Shown: positions 10,588 to 20,138, counted from the stretch's first letter. The stretch is 64,000 nucleotides of DNA from Minisyncoccota bacterium (GCA_036261925.1 DATAJW010000013.1:22544-86543); one strand, 5' to 3'. The notes: generated by a model not told the origin, from the sequence alone. A program made the numbers and translations.

Positions 10588-11148
10588 ATGACTATCCTCT
10601 ACATCGTGCTCGGCATTCTCGTGCTCGTGCTGCTCTGGGCCATCGTCGCCTACAACGGCTTCGTCTCGCTCCGCAATCGCGCCAAGGAGGCGTGGTCAGA
10701 TATCGAGGTGCAGATGAAGCGCCGTTACGATCTCATCCCGAACCTCGTGGAGACGGTGAAGGGCTACGCCGCGCATGAGCGCGCGACATTCGATAGCGTC
10801 ACTGCGGCGCGCGCCAACGCGATGAACGCGCAGACCGTCGCCGAGCACGCGGAGGCGGAGAACATGCTCTCGGGCGCGCTCAAGTCGCTCTTCGCGGTCT
10901 CCGAAGCGTATCCGGACCTCAAGGCGAATACGAATTTCCTCGAGCTCCAGCGCGAGATAAGCGATACCGAGAACAAGGTGATGGCCTCTCGCCGCTTCTA
11001 CAACCAGAACGTCCTGCAGCTCAACACGGCGGTCGAGCAGTTCCCGGGCAACGTGATCGCCGGACCGTTCGGCTTCGGCCAGATGGAGCTCTTCGAGCTC
11101 GCGGAAGGCGAGGAGGCAGCACGCCAGCCGGTGAAAGTTAGTTTTTAG
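10588..11148 (+). CDS. lemA: LemA family protein
   Basis: YN.FV.LRN...EAWSDIEVQMKRRYDLIPNLVETVKGY; EAYPDLKAN. Confidence 0.95.
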   Translation: MTILYIVLGILVLVLLWAIVAYNGFVSLRNRAKEAWSDIEVQMKRRYDLIPNLVETVKGYAAHERATFDSVTAARANAMNAQTVAEHAEAENMLSGALKSLFAVSEAYPDLKANTNFLELQREISDTENKVMASRRFYNQNVLQLNTAVEQFPGNVIAGPFGFGQMELFELAEGEEAARQPVKVSF

Positions 11149-11532
11149 CCACTAGACGTTAGGGTATTAGGGAATGCAGACGTATCGGGACCTGATCGTT
11201 TGGCAACGAAGCATCGAACTCGTTACTGCCATCTATCAGCTCACGAACGCATACCCGAAATCCGAGCTCTTCGGCCTCACGAGTCAGATGCGGCGTGCAG
11301 CAGTATCCATACCCTCGAATATTGCCGAAGGATACGCGCGTAAATCCAGGAAAGAATACATTCAATTCCTGCGCATAGCAGAACTCGAAACGCAACTAAC
11401 AATCACCAGGAACCTTGCACTCGTCACGGAGGAGAAGCTCAAGGTATCCGAAGCGCTTCTGAACGAAACCATGCGTTTATTGAATAAGTTTATCTCTTCC
11501 CTAACGTCTAAACCCTAGTGGCTATACCCTAA
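11146..11532 (+). mobile_element. Putative inverted-repeat-bounded four-helix-bundle element inserted between lemA and htpX
   Basis: TAGCCACTAG (11146-11155)/CTAGTGGCTA (11515-11524) and TAGACGTTAGGG/CCCTAACGTCTA inverted pairs; lower GC than the flanks; mobility is inferred. Confidence 0.5.
11174..11518 (+). CDS. Four helix bundle protein (23S rRNA IVS protein / S23 family)
   Basis: YRDLIVWQRS...YQLT..YPKSE.FGLTSQMRRAAVSIPSNIAEG. Confidence 0.92.
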   Translation: MQTYRDLIVWQRSIELVTAIYQLTNAYPKSELFGLTSQMRRAAVSIPSNIAEGYARKSRKEYIQFLRIAELETQLTITRNLALVTEEKLKVSEALLNETMRLLNKFISSLTSKP

Positions 11533-11537
11533 TTCAT

Positions 11538-12431
11538 ATGGCAACGCTATACCAAGAACGCTCCGCCAACACCTGGAAGACCTGGAGCCTCATGGTCGGG
11601 TTCTTCCTGCTGGTCATCCTCGTCGGGTGGGGCGTCTCGTACTACTACGGCTCCCCCGTTATCCTCTATGGCGCGGTGGCGTTCGCGCTCGTCGGGAACG
11701 TGGGGAGCTACTGGTTCAGCGATAAGCTGGTGCTCTCGATGACGCACGCGAAGCCCGCGACGCGCGAGGAGCACTTCGATTTCTATACGGTGACCGAGAA
11801 CCTCGCCATCACCGCAGGCCTCCCGATGCCGAAGCTCTACGTGATAGAGGACCCGGCGCCCAACGCATTCGCGACGGGACGCGATGAGAAGCATGCAGTC
11901 GTCGCCGCGACGACCGGGCTCCTGTCGATGATGACCCGCACGGAGCTCGAAGGCGTCATCGCGCACGAGCTCTCGCACGTGAAGAACAAGGACATGCTCG
12001 TGATGACGGTCGCGGTCGTGCTCGCTGGGTTCCTGGCCATCATCGCTGACATCTTCCTGCGCATGAGCATGTTCGGCGGTGGCGACCGCGACAGCAAGGG
12101 GAACGCGCTCTTCATGGTTCTTGCCGTGGTCGGCATCGTTCTTGCGCCGATAGCAGCGCAGCTCATCCAGCTCGCTATCTCCCGCCGCCGCGAGTACCTC
12201 GCGGACGCGTCGGGCGCGCTCCTCACGCGTTACCCGGAGGGCCTCGCGTCCGCGCTCCAGAAGATTGGAAGCTACGGGGGAGCCATGAAGACCGCGAACC
12301 ACGCGACCGCGCACCTCTTCATCGGCAACCCGTTCGGCGCGCGCGCCGGCAACCTCATGAACAAGCTGTTCGCGACCCATCCGCCGGTGGAGGACCGCAT
12401 CAAGCAGCTGCTCCAGCCTGACGGACGGTAG
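11538..12431 (+). CDS. htpX: M48 zinc metalloprotease HtpX
   Basis: PNAFATGR, HELSH, SRRREYLAD, FATHPP. Confidence 0.93.
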   Translation: MATLYQERSANTWKTWSLMVGFFLLVILVGWGVSYYYGSPVILYGAVAFALVGNVGSYWFSDKLVLSMTHAKPATREEHFDFYTVTENLAITAGLPMPKLYVIEDPAPNAFATGRDEKHAVVAATTGLLSMMTRTELEGVIAHELSHVKNKDMLVMTVAVVLAGFLAIIADIFLRMSMFGGGDRDSKGNALFMVLAVVGIVLAPIAAQLIQLAISRRREYLADASGALLTRYPEGLASALQKIGSYGGAMKTANHATAHLFIGNPFGARAGNLMNKLFATHPPVEDRIKQLLQPDGR

Positions 12432-12460
12432 AGGGAATCCGTGCTATAAAAGTGCCATAC

Positions 12461-12547
12461 GGAGGCGTCGGATAGCGGTTTATTCCACCACCTTGGAAAG
12501 GTGGCAGGCTCGAAAGGGTCTCGAGAGTTCGAATCTCTCCGCCTCCG
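12461..12547 (+). tRNA. tRNA-Ser(GGA)
   Basis: GGAGGCG/CGCCTCC acceptor, CCACC-TT-GGA-AA-GGTGG, long variable arm, GTTCGAATC. Confidence 0.95.
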
Positions 12548-12557
12548 CCGAATTGCG

Positions 12558-13418
12558 TTAGCGCGCAGGAACATCGAAATACCCCACGAGTTCACTCTCG
12601 ATGTGGTAGTGGTGCAGCTGCTTGTTGAACCGGTCCTCGATAGGTATCTGCGTCGGGTGGAACCCGGGCTTGAAGTAGAAGAGCCAGTACTTGAGGACGA
12701 GATAGTAGACTCCCCGCTTGCCGAGGAGATAGGGCATGCCGTTCCGCCAGACGCGCCACGAGAAGAGCAGCCGCTTCGCGGCAAGGAAGTCGATGATGCA
12801 GCGCGTATGCGCGATGAGGAAGGCGACGCTCACGAACGCGCCGATGAGGACGCGCATGACGTAGCCGCCGCCCTGCGCGCGGTACAGGTCTATCGCGGTC
12901 GAGCGGTGCTCCATCTCCTCGATGCAGTGCCAGCTCCAGACGCGGTCCATGCGCTCGTCCGTGTCCTCGCCCTCGAGCACGCCGATATCGATGACCTGCT
13001 TCGAGTACGTGGCGGTGAAGTGCTCGATGATCATGCAGGTCACGAGCCGCATCTTGAGGGTGAATATGCGTTCGAAGAACCGCAGCAGCACCTCGGTCTC
13101 CTTCACGTGCTTGGTCGCGGGGAAGCCTTGCGCGTCGAGGTAGCGGTTGTAGGCGTCGTGCATGAGGGCGTGCGCGGTCTCCTCGTGGATGAGTATCGCC
13201 GCCTGCTCCTTGAGCGCGGGATCGCTCACCCGCTCCCGCGCTTCCTCGACGGCACGGACGATGAACCGCTCGCCCTCCGGGACGGTCGCGGAGCTCGTGT
13301 TGAACGCGAAGGTGAGGAGTGCGTTATCCTTGAACCACCATTCCCGTATCGGCACTCCGTCGCGCACGAGCTTCTCTGCCGCTTCCCGTTCCCGCTCATT
13401 GATGATCGGCTCTTCCAT
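12558..13418 (-). CDS. Predicted metal-dependent hydrolase (ferritin-like, EHFTA / WH..EE.EH family)
   Basis: PEGERFIV, E..H...H, IEHFTA, WHCIEEMEH. Confidence 0.75.
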   Translation of the reverse strand: MEEPIINEREREAAEKLVRDGVPIREWWFKDNALLTFAFNTSSATVPEGERFIVRAVEEARERVSDPALKEQAAILIHEETAHALMHDAYNRYLDAQGFPATKHVKETEVLLRFFERIFTLKMRLVTCMIIEHFTATYSKQVIDIGVLEGEDTDERMDRVWSWHCIEEMEHRSTAIDLYRAQGGGYVMRVLIGAFVSVAFLIAHTRCIIDFLAAKRLLFSWRVWRNGMPYLLGKRGVYYLVLKYWLFYFKPGFHPTQIPIEDRFNKQLHHYHIESELVGYFDVPAR

Positions 13419-13811
13419 CGTACGGAAAGTATAGCGCGCTGGCCTGCGCAGCTACACGCCCGCGTTGACGATGCCGCGCACCAAGGGCGATGTCCGATAG
13501 ATGTCCTTTATCGATCGACCGCCGTTCCACTACGGCAGACGCGCAGCGGTATCGGCGGTTCACGGCAGGAGGCGAGGCGGTGCGAACGGTAGGTGCGGCT
13601 AGACGCGAGCGGTCGCGGTTCCGAAACCTATCCACAGGTATGTCAAATCCCGCGCGCTTCATTGACCTATCATCATTGCAGTGGTACGAATGGTCGCAGA
13701 TACGTAGTCGTTCCGGTTGGGGCCGGACACGTGCATAGGCGCCCTTATATTCATTGGGCAGCGCCGCCATTTATCACGCGTACGAGGGCTCACGTTTAAC
13801 CTATTACTCCG

Positions 13812-16800
13812 ATGATCAAGAAAGATGCTCGCATGACGGCACTCCGCAAGACCCTTGCGGCGTTCAACGCTGCCGTACTGATGATTACCATGGTAGCGGT
13901 CAGCTCCCCTGTCGCGATAGCGCAGGAGACGCCGACAGATACCGCACCGGCCCAGGTAGAGGGACCGGTCACGTCGGACACGACGACCGATACGGACACC
14001 GACAAGAAGGATGCGACGGAACCGGCGCAGCCTCCGGCTGACGATACGCAGCCTCCGGCAACCGATCCCGGCACCGGTACGACCGGCGATGATGCGACCA
14101 ATCCCGAGAGCGGTGACCCAGCCGCTCCTAGCGACCCTGCGGTCGATACCGTCATCAAGGATGGCGGGAACGCGGTCATGACGTTCGTGGCGCCGCTCAT
14201 GGACGCGCTCCTGCTCGCGCCAGCAGCTGCGCTCGACCCGTTCCCGAGCACGAATGCGCAGAACCAGGTGAATGGGTACCCATATGTCGAGTTCGTGAGC
14301 GCCACTACGGATAGCGTCACGCTCAATTTCGTGAATCCGAAACCGCAGACCTATTATTTCGAGTATCGAATTGATGGTCTCGTACCAAGCGGTCGTCCAT
14401 CTAATTACAATCCCTGCAAGGAGTCGGCAACGCCTCTCAACGGCGCGTGTGGCGGGGCTCGGTATATCGCGGATGACGAGATTGCCTACCCCACTCACTC
14501 GGTAGCCGGAAACCTGACGAATCAGGTCACCATCCCGGCAGGCTCCACCGTCGAGATCCGCATGACATTCGGCCCAGAGCGTAACTACGATTTCGACTGG
14601 ATAACCTTCGATGTGGCAACGCCGCCCGATACGAGCAACATCAAGTTCGTCGGCAGCCCGAAGTACGTGCGCGCGAATAACGGGGGCGACCTCGCGGCGC
14701 AGCTCGTCACGCCCGACTCGACGACCGCGGTCAACTTCTTCATCGACGGGTCGGCAACCCCGGTTGCCGGTACGCTGCATGGGTCCGCGACGGCATCTAC
14801 CGATTGGTGGAGGCTCTACACGCCGCTTGCCCCGGGTGAGCACGCCATCACCGCGCAGGTAGAGATTGGCGGAGCCTGGTACGACGCAAGCGACACGGGA
14901 ACCGCGTATTCGCTCGATACGCCGTGGGCCCAGTACATCGTCCCGAATGCGGGACAGATGTTCCGTCCCGATGACATGGTCGTTCGGCTCAAGATCGATG
15001 ACCAGTTCGATCAGTTCAAGGAAGTCAGGGTAACGCTGAACAGCATCGTGCATACGGTACTGCGCTCCTCCTGCAATGACATCGGCGCAAGCGTATTGTG
15101 CGACCTTAAGGATCTCGGCCTCCCGGCCGGCACGTACTCCGCTTCCGCGACAATCTACACCAAGGCGAACAACCGGCTCGATAACCTGATGAGCGAGACG
15201 TTCACCATCGATGACCAGCGGCCGGTCGCGACGGGAATCCTCGTCGAGAATGCCGCACTCGGCGTCGTGACGAACACGGTGGTCGTATCGGCGAACGCGA
15301 CCGATGACCATGGCGTAGAGAGCGTGAACTTCTATGTCACCGAGCCGCGCAACGATGGCGTATGCACCGGAAACGGGACGAAGCTCGCGAGCGAGCGCGT
15401 GCTCGCGACCGATATAGATGGGAAGTATCGCGCAACGCTCGGCGTCGCGGGCCTCGCTGGCCCCTACTGCGTCACGGCGGTCGCGCGCGATGATGCCATG
15501 AACAACAGCCAGCTCATCCATCAGAAGGTCTCCATCGAGAACGCGGTGGTCGACAACGATGCGCCGAGCGTTCCGGTCATCATCGTCCCATCCAACGGTC
15601 AGGTCTTCACTTCCGCACCGATATTGAATGACTGGACGGACTCGACGGATGCGAGCGGGATAGATAAGTACGAAGTCGAGTATGTCTATTCGGATGGGCA
15701 CACCTTCAGCGGAGGCCCCTACCGCGAGACGGCAGGGAACGTGAGCCAGCGCAGCCATGCGCCAGGAGTGAGTGAACAGGGCGGCGTCACTATCCGCGTG
15801 CGCGCATACGATAATGCCGGCAACGTTAGCGGCTGGAGCGAGCCCGTCTTCTATGTGTACGACCAGGACGGTACCTATGTGAGCCGCATCATCTCGCCAG
15901 CTGATAGCGAAACCGTAAGTGGAGCGTCGTCTCTCACCGCGTTCTATGCGGACGAGAACGGCGACAATAACGACGGCGTGCAGTGGGCGGTCAGGAGCGG
16001 CGCGAGCTGCACCAACACGTCAGGTACGGTCTTCGGCAATGTCGACGGCCGCCATGACGCCGCTACCTGGGACCACGAGAACTTCGAGGCCTCGATCGAT
16101 ACTACGGCCATCGCGAACGGCGAGTACTGCTTCGTCTTCAATCCGACCGAGGATGCGGGCGACGCGAACCAGCGCCTGACGCGCGTCTTCTCGGTCCTTA
16201 ACGACGACAGCGTCCCGACGGTACCGGGCACCGAGACCATCACGGTCACCGGCACGACGGCATCCGGCGAGAACGATATCGGCGGTTGGTTCTTCAACCG
16301 CGACGCCTCGACGCAGTCCCCGTACGCATTCGCGACCGGTAACGCAAGCATCGGCTCGGGCAGCCTCTACGTCGAGCCGATCGAGAACGACATCAACGGC
16401 GATAGCGACAAGTTCATCGGCGAGCTCTTCCTCCAGAAGGCGCTCTCGGAGATCAACGGCATCTCGTTCGACTTCAAGATCGGCGCACCCGATGATACCG
16501 TCGCGGAGCAGTTCTACATGAACGTATACGCGACCTTCGGCGCATCGAGCGATACGAAGTACTACGATTGCCGGTACGATATCGTCGCGTCCTCCGGTTC
16601 GACCGCGGGCTACTCGACGGTCTCCTTCGATCCTAACGCTACCTACGCCCTCGTGACGCAATCGGGCAGCTCGCCGAGCGCCTGCCCGCAGAAGCCGTCC
16701 GACATGGGCGCTGGCGCGAAGGTGCGCGCCATCGCGCTTACGGTCGGGGACCAGAGCGACAACGACGCGGGCGTAAGCGGGTATCTCGATAACGTCATCG

Positions 16801-17291
16801 TGGATACCGATTCCATGGTCACGACGTATGACTTCGAGGCAGTTTCGGTTCCGGCAACCGTATCGCGCGGTAACGGCGGCGGAGGCGGTTCCGCCCGCGC
16901 TGCAGCGGCGAGCGCGGATGACGGCGACGATGAGGATGGCCGCGTGCTCGGCGCCTCGACGGACGCCGCCTGCAGCCCGCTCATCACGACGTTCATGGGC
17001 TTCGGCCGTCCGAACGATGCGGGCGAGGTGGGCCTCCTCCAGGACTTCCTCAATGCCCAGGCAGGCGCTGGCCTCCCGGTCACTGGCTTCTTCGGCGCGA
17101 TGACCCAGTCGGCGGTGCATGCGTACCAGAAGGCGCACTGGCAGGAGATCCTCCAGCCATGGTTCAGCGTGCCGGGTTCGGGCATCGCGGACGCGGACGA
17201 CTCGACCGGCTTCGTCGGCAAGATGACGCAGTGGAAGGTGAACATGACTCACTGCCCGGAGCTCGACCTTCCGACGCCAGAGCTCCCATAA
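13812..17291 (+). CDS. Large secreted surface protein with Ig-like/FN3-like repeats and C-terminal peptidoglycan-binding-like domain
   Basis: Signal peptide (AIA-QE), Pro/Asp/Thr linker, VRAYDNAGN / AVARDDAMN Ig-like motifs, VLGAST, LQDFLN...GFFG.MTQSAV..YQ; start may be 13833. Confidence 0.75.
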   Translation: MIKKDARMTALRKTLAAFNAAVLMITMVAVSSPVAIAQETPTDTAPAQVEGPVTSDTTTDTDTDKKDATEPAQPPADDTQPPATDPGTGTTGDDATNPESGDPAAPSDPAVDTVIKDGGNAVMTFVAPLMDALLLAPAAALDPFPSTNAQNQVNGYPYVEFVSATTDSVTLNFVNPKPQTYYFEYRIDGLVPSGRPSNYNPCKESATPLNGACGGARYIADDEIAYPTHSVAGNLTNQVTIPAGSTVEIRMTFGPERNYDFDWITFDVATPPDTSNIKFVGSPKYVRANNGGDLAAQLVTPDSTTAVNFFIDGSATPVAGTLHGSATASTDWWRLYTPLAPGEHAITAQVEIGGAWYDASDTGTAYSLDTPWAQYIVPNAGQMFRPDDMVVRLKIDDQFDQFKEVRVTLNSIVHTVLRSSCNDIGASVLCDLKDLGLPAGTYSASATIYTKANNRLDNLMSETFTIDDQRPVATGILVENAALGVVTNTVVVSANATDDHGVESVNFYVTEPRNDGVCTGNGTKLASERVLATDIDGKYRATLGVAGLAGPYCVTAVARDDAMNNSQLIHQKVSIENAVVDNDAPSVPVIIVPSNGQVFTSAPILNDWTDSTDASGIDKYEVEYVYSDGHTFSGGPYRETAGNVSQRSHAPGVSEQGGVTIRVRAYDNAGNVSGWSEPVFYVYDQDGTYVSRIISPADSETVSGASSLTAFYADENGDNNDGVQWAVRSGASCTNTSGTVFGNVDGRHDAATWDHENFEASIDTTAIANGEYCFVFNPTEDAGDANQRLTRVFSVLNDDSVPTVPGTETITVTGTTASGENDIGGWFFNRDASTQSPYAFATGNASIGSGSLYVEPIENDINGDSDKFIGELFLQKALSEINGISFDFKIGAPDDTVAEQFYMNVYATFGASSDTKYYDCRYDIVASSGSTAGYSTVSFDPNATYALVTQSGSSPSACPQKPSDMGAGAKVRAIALTVGDQSDNDAGVSGYLDNVIVDTDSMVTTYDFEAVSVPATVSRGNGGGGGSARAAAASADDGDDEDGRVLGASTDAACSPLITTFMGFGRPNDAGEVGLLQDFLNAQAGAGLPVTGFFGAMTQSAVHAYQKAHWQEILQPWFSVPGSGIADADDSTGFVGKMTQWKVNMTHCPELDLPTPELP

Positions 17292-17307
17292 GGGACGCGT
17301 GATACCG

Positions 17308-17337
17308 CAAAAACCGCGCCACACGGCGCGGTTTTTG
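17308..17337 (+). terminator. Intrinsic terminator
   Basis: CAAAAACCGCGCC-ACAC-GGCGCGGTTTTTG. Confidence 0.7.
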
Positions 17338-17376
17338 TCTATACAGCGGGAGCTCCCGGTGCTATACTGCCTTCCG

Positions 17377-18408
17377 ATGGAAACGCCCCACCACGAGCGG
17401 CATCCGGCACGGCACGTCCTCGGGACGGCCGGCCTCATCGCGTTGACGCTCGCCGCGGTCGCGACGCTCGGCGCCGCGACGTTCTACGCGCGCACGTACC
17501 TCACCTCGACGCAGATGGCTGCGGTCATCTCCGCGGTTCTCGTCGACCTCGCGAACGACGACCGCACCGATGCCGCCCTGCCGGCGCTCACGGTGAATCC
17601 GAAACTGGTCGCCGCTGCGCAGGCAAAGGCGGACGATATGGCGGCGAAGAGCTACTTCGCGCATACGTCGCCCGATGGCACGACTTCGTGGCAGTGGTTC
17701 AAGGACGCGGGGTACGCGTACGCATCGGCGGGCGAGAATCTCGCGGTCGATTTCAACGATTCGGAGAACGTCGAGCGGGCGTGGATGGATTCGCCGACGC
17801 ACCGCGCGAATATCTTGAGCGGGAAGTTCACGGAGATCGGCATCGCGACCGCGGTCGGCGAGCTCGACGGCAAGCGCACGGTCTTCGTCGTGCAGATGTT
17901 CGGGAGGCCGGCCGCATCCCCGCTCCCGGTGCCGGTCGCGGCGGTCACGCCGCCCGCGCCGGAGGAGATAGCCATCGCCGCGGACGAGCCGGACGACGTG
18001 CTCGGCTCTACCGACGAAGCGCCGCACGCCGCGCTCATCGAGGATGAGGGGCTCGCCGCAGCCGTCGAGGGGGTCGCGGCACCGACGGCGCCTGAAGAAG
18101 CCGTCGCGCCGGCCGCCGAATCCGGCATGCCGCTGGTGGCGCCGGTCGCCGCACGCCACGCTCCCGTCTGGGGACTGGTCGCGGCCTCTCCGGAGCGCGC
18201 GCTCCGCGGCATCTATATCGCCTTCGCGTTCCTGCTGCTCGGCGCGCTCCTCATGATCACGCGCGTGGAGTTCAGGAAGCATCATTTCCGGCATGTCGCC
18301 GCCGCGAGCATCGCGCTCGTGATGCTGGGCGGGCTCTTCTTCGTCGCCGATACGTTCGTCTTCCCGGCGCCCGCCATCGGCCAGGCGGTCGCCTCGAGCA
18401 ATGGATAG
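17377..18408 (+). CDS. CAP (SCP) domain membrane protein
   Basis: AAQAKADDM..YFAHTSPDG, AGENLA, WMDSPTHRANIL; TATACT just upstream of ATG 17377. Confidence 0.88.
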   Translation: METPHHERHPARHVLGTAGLIALTLAAVATLGAATFYARTYLTSTQMAAVISAVLVDLANDDRTDAALPALTVNPKLVAAAQAKADDMAAKSYFAHTSPDGTTSWQWFKDAGYAYASAGENLAVDFNDSENVERAWMDSPTHRANILSGKFTEIGIATAVGELDGKRTVFVVQMFGRPAASPLPVPVAAVTPPAPEEIAIAADEPDDVLGSTDEAPHAALIEDEGLAAAVEGVAAPTAPEEAVAPAAESGMPLVAPVAARHAPVWGLVAASPERALRGIYIAFAFLLLGALLMITRVEFRKHHFRHVAAASIALVMLGGLFFVADTFVFPAPAIGQAVASSNG

Positions 18409-18898
18409 GAAGCGCGCCATCGACCGGCGGGCGGCGATCGGCGCGGTCGCGCTCCTCGCGGTCCTTATCGTCTCGTCCTTCCTGTACCGGCAGGCGACCG
18501 CGCCATCGGTCGCGGAAGACGCATCCGTTCCGGCGCGCGCCGGAAACGCGCTCCCGTCCTCGATCGAGGTCGCCGATACGGAGGCGCTCCGCGAGCAGGG
18601 TCTCTCGGCCCGCGATTCGCTCGGCGACGACAGCGGCATGCTCTTCGTATTCCCGGCGTCCGGCCTCCACGGCTTCTGGATGAAGGATATGCGCTTCTCT
18701 ATCGACATGCTCTGGCTCGACGACGCGGGCGCCATCGTGCATGTCGTCTCGAACGCCGCGCCCGAGACGTATCCGGAGATCTTCACGCCGCCCGCGCCCG
18801 CGCGCTACGTGCTCGAGGTGCCGGCCGGCTACACTGCGCGGCGAGGGTGGGGGATCGGGACCGTGCTCGATTTGGGAGCGTACCAGGAAGAGAACTAG
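18401..18898 (+). CDS. DUF192 family protein
   Basis: EVADT...REQGLS, GMLFVF, FWMKDMRFSIDMLWLD, YVLEV.AG. Confidence 0.88.
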   Translation: MDRKRAIDRRAAIGAVALLAVLIVSSFLYRQATAPSVAEDASVPARAGNALPSSIEVADTEALREQGLSARDSLGDDSGMLFVFPASGLHGFWMKDMRFSIDMLWLDDAGAIVHVVSNAAPETYPEIFTPPAPARYVLEVPAGYTARRGWGIGTVLDLGAYQEEN

Positions 18899-18930
18899 AA
18901 ATCGATACCGGAAGACGGTACACTCTGCCT

Positions 18931-19251
18931 ATGCCTTTCCTGAATACCCGTCATACCGGCAGCGTACGAAGCCTCATCTATGAGGAGGATGGGGAGTGGT
19001 TCGGTGTCGCGCTCGAATTCAATATCGTCGAGACCGGCGATTCTCCCCAGGAAGTCTCTGTCCTCCTCGACGAAGCGATCCTCGGCTACATCGAAGCCGC
19101 GCAGAAGAACAAGTTGTCCATCAGTGTCCTGAACCAGGATACCGATCCCGTCTATGAATCCCTCTGGGAAGCCGGCAATTCCGAAAAGGAGGAAGAGCGA
19201 AAGAGGGTCTATAAAGTATCTGCGCAGACCATACCTGCGCTCGTAGCGTAA
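18931..19251 (+). CDS. HicB-like antitoxin
   Basis: IYEEDGEWFGVALEFNIVETGDS.QE....L.EAI; adjacent to HicA; start re-assigned. Confidence 0.65.
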   Translation: MPFLNTRHTGSVRSLIYEEDGEWFGVALEFNIVETGDSPQEVSVLLDEAILGYIEAAQKNKLSISVLNQDTDPVYESLWEAGNSEKEEERKRVYKVSAQTIPALVA

Positions 19252-19259
19252 TTCACTCC

Positions 19260-19493
19260 ATGCCGCGAGGTCTCAATAACTGGACTGCGGCAATGGTGAT
19301 GAGGTTCCTGAAGAAGAACGGATTCATGAATACGCATGAGCGCGGAAGCCATTTCTATTACTCAAAGAAATCGAACGCACGCAGCTACCTGGTCACCGTT
19401 CCGGTCCATGGAACCGATAGCATCCATCCGAAGACTATGAAATCGATCATCGCGCAGTCGGGCATACCCCAATCGGAATGGCTTAGGAAATAG
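19260..19493 (+). CDS. HicA family toxin
   Basis: L.KNGF....RGSH......VTVPVH....I...T.KSI..Q.G. Confidence 0.85.
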   Translation: MPRGLNNWTAAMVMRFLKKNGFMNTHERGSHFYYSKKSNARSYLVTVPVHGTDSIHPKTMKSIIAQSGIPQSEWLRK

Positions 19494-19554
19494 GGCGGAG
19501 ACCATTCCGGGCAAAGGAAGAACCCGCCGTGAGGCGGGTTCTTCCATGCAGCAT

Positions 19555-19995
19555 GGACCGGTCGATAAGCCGAATTCTGTAGCGCGCGCCCGCTACGGCA
19601 CGCACCGACGACCATCTATCTGGGACTGCTGTCGCCAGCAGCCTCGAGCGGCGCTCAACCTTGTGCGGAGCAGAAGGGAGCCCTCGACCACGCACCATTC
19701 CCGAAGGGAATTCCTATTTGGAAATTGGTGCTTGGAATGTGGAGCTTCCTTATGCTCCGCATAAGGTGCACGGCCTTGCACAGCGGTAAGGGTTTAGCCG
19801 TTTCAGTCGTACGTCGCCGTACGCCCGCTCTCAAGGAGAGCTCCTTCACCTTTCGGCTCCGGACGTTTCTGTTCGCACCTCGCGCCTCGCGGCGGGCAGG
19901 CGTTACCTGCTACCAGACTGCCCTCGCTTCAGCGTGGGCCTGTGTTCGGACTTTCCTCCATCGCCCGAAGGCGACAGCGGTCGTCTGACCGGTCC
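19555..19995 (-). ncRNA. rnpB: RNase P RNA
   Basis: Minus strand GAGGAAAGTCCG...ACAGAATTCGGCTTA; P1 GGACCGGTC/GACCGGTCC. Confidence 0.93.
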
Positions 19996-20138
19996 GGTAT
20001 AATCATACCATCAAAATAGTCACTCGTACATGCCTGCGGTTCATGAAGCCGCGCATGGTTAGTCCCCATACGGCCCCGTCCGCAGCCCGTACAGGGGCTA
20101 TACTGGATTGCATTAGCAGGGCTGGGTAATTACGAACC

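Noticed and set aside
11174-11518. Diversity-generating retroelement (Avd-like gene)
   Set aside because: No reverse transcriptase and no TR/VR pair with adenine-specific mismatches is visible; differences between the pilin paralogs do not look adenine-specific.
13440-13810. Riboswitch or small gene upstream of the large surface protein
   Set aside because: Promoter-like boxes and small hairpins are present, but there is no recognisable aptamer consensus or convincing ORF.
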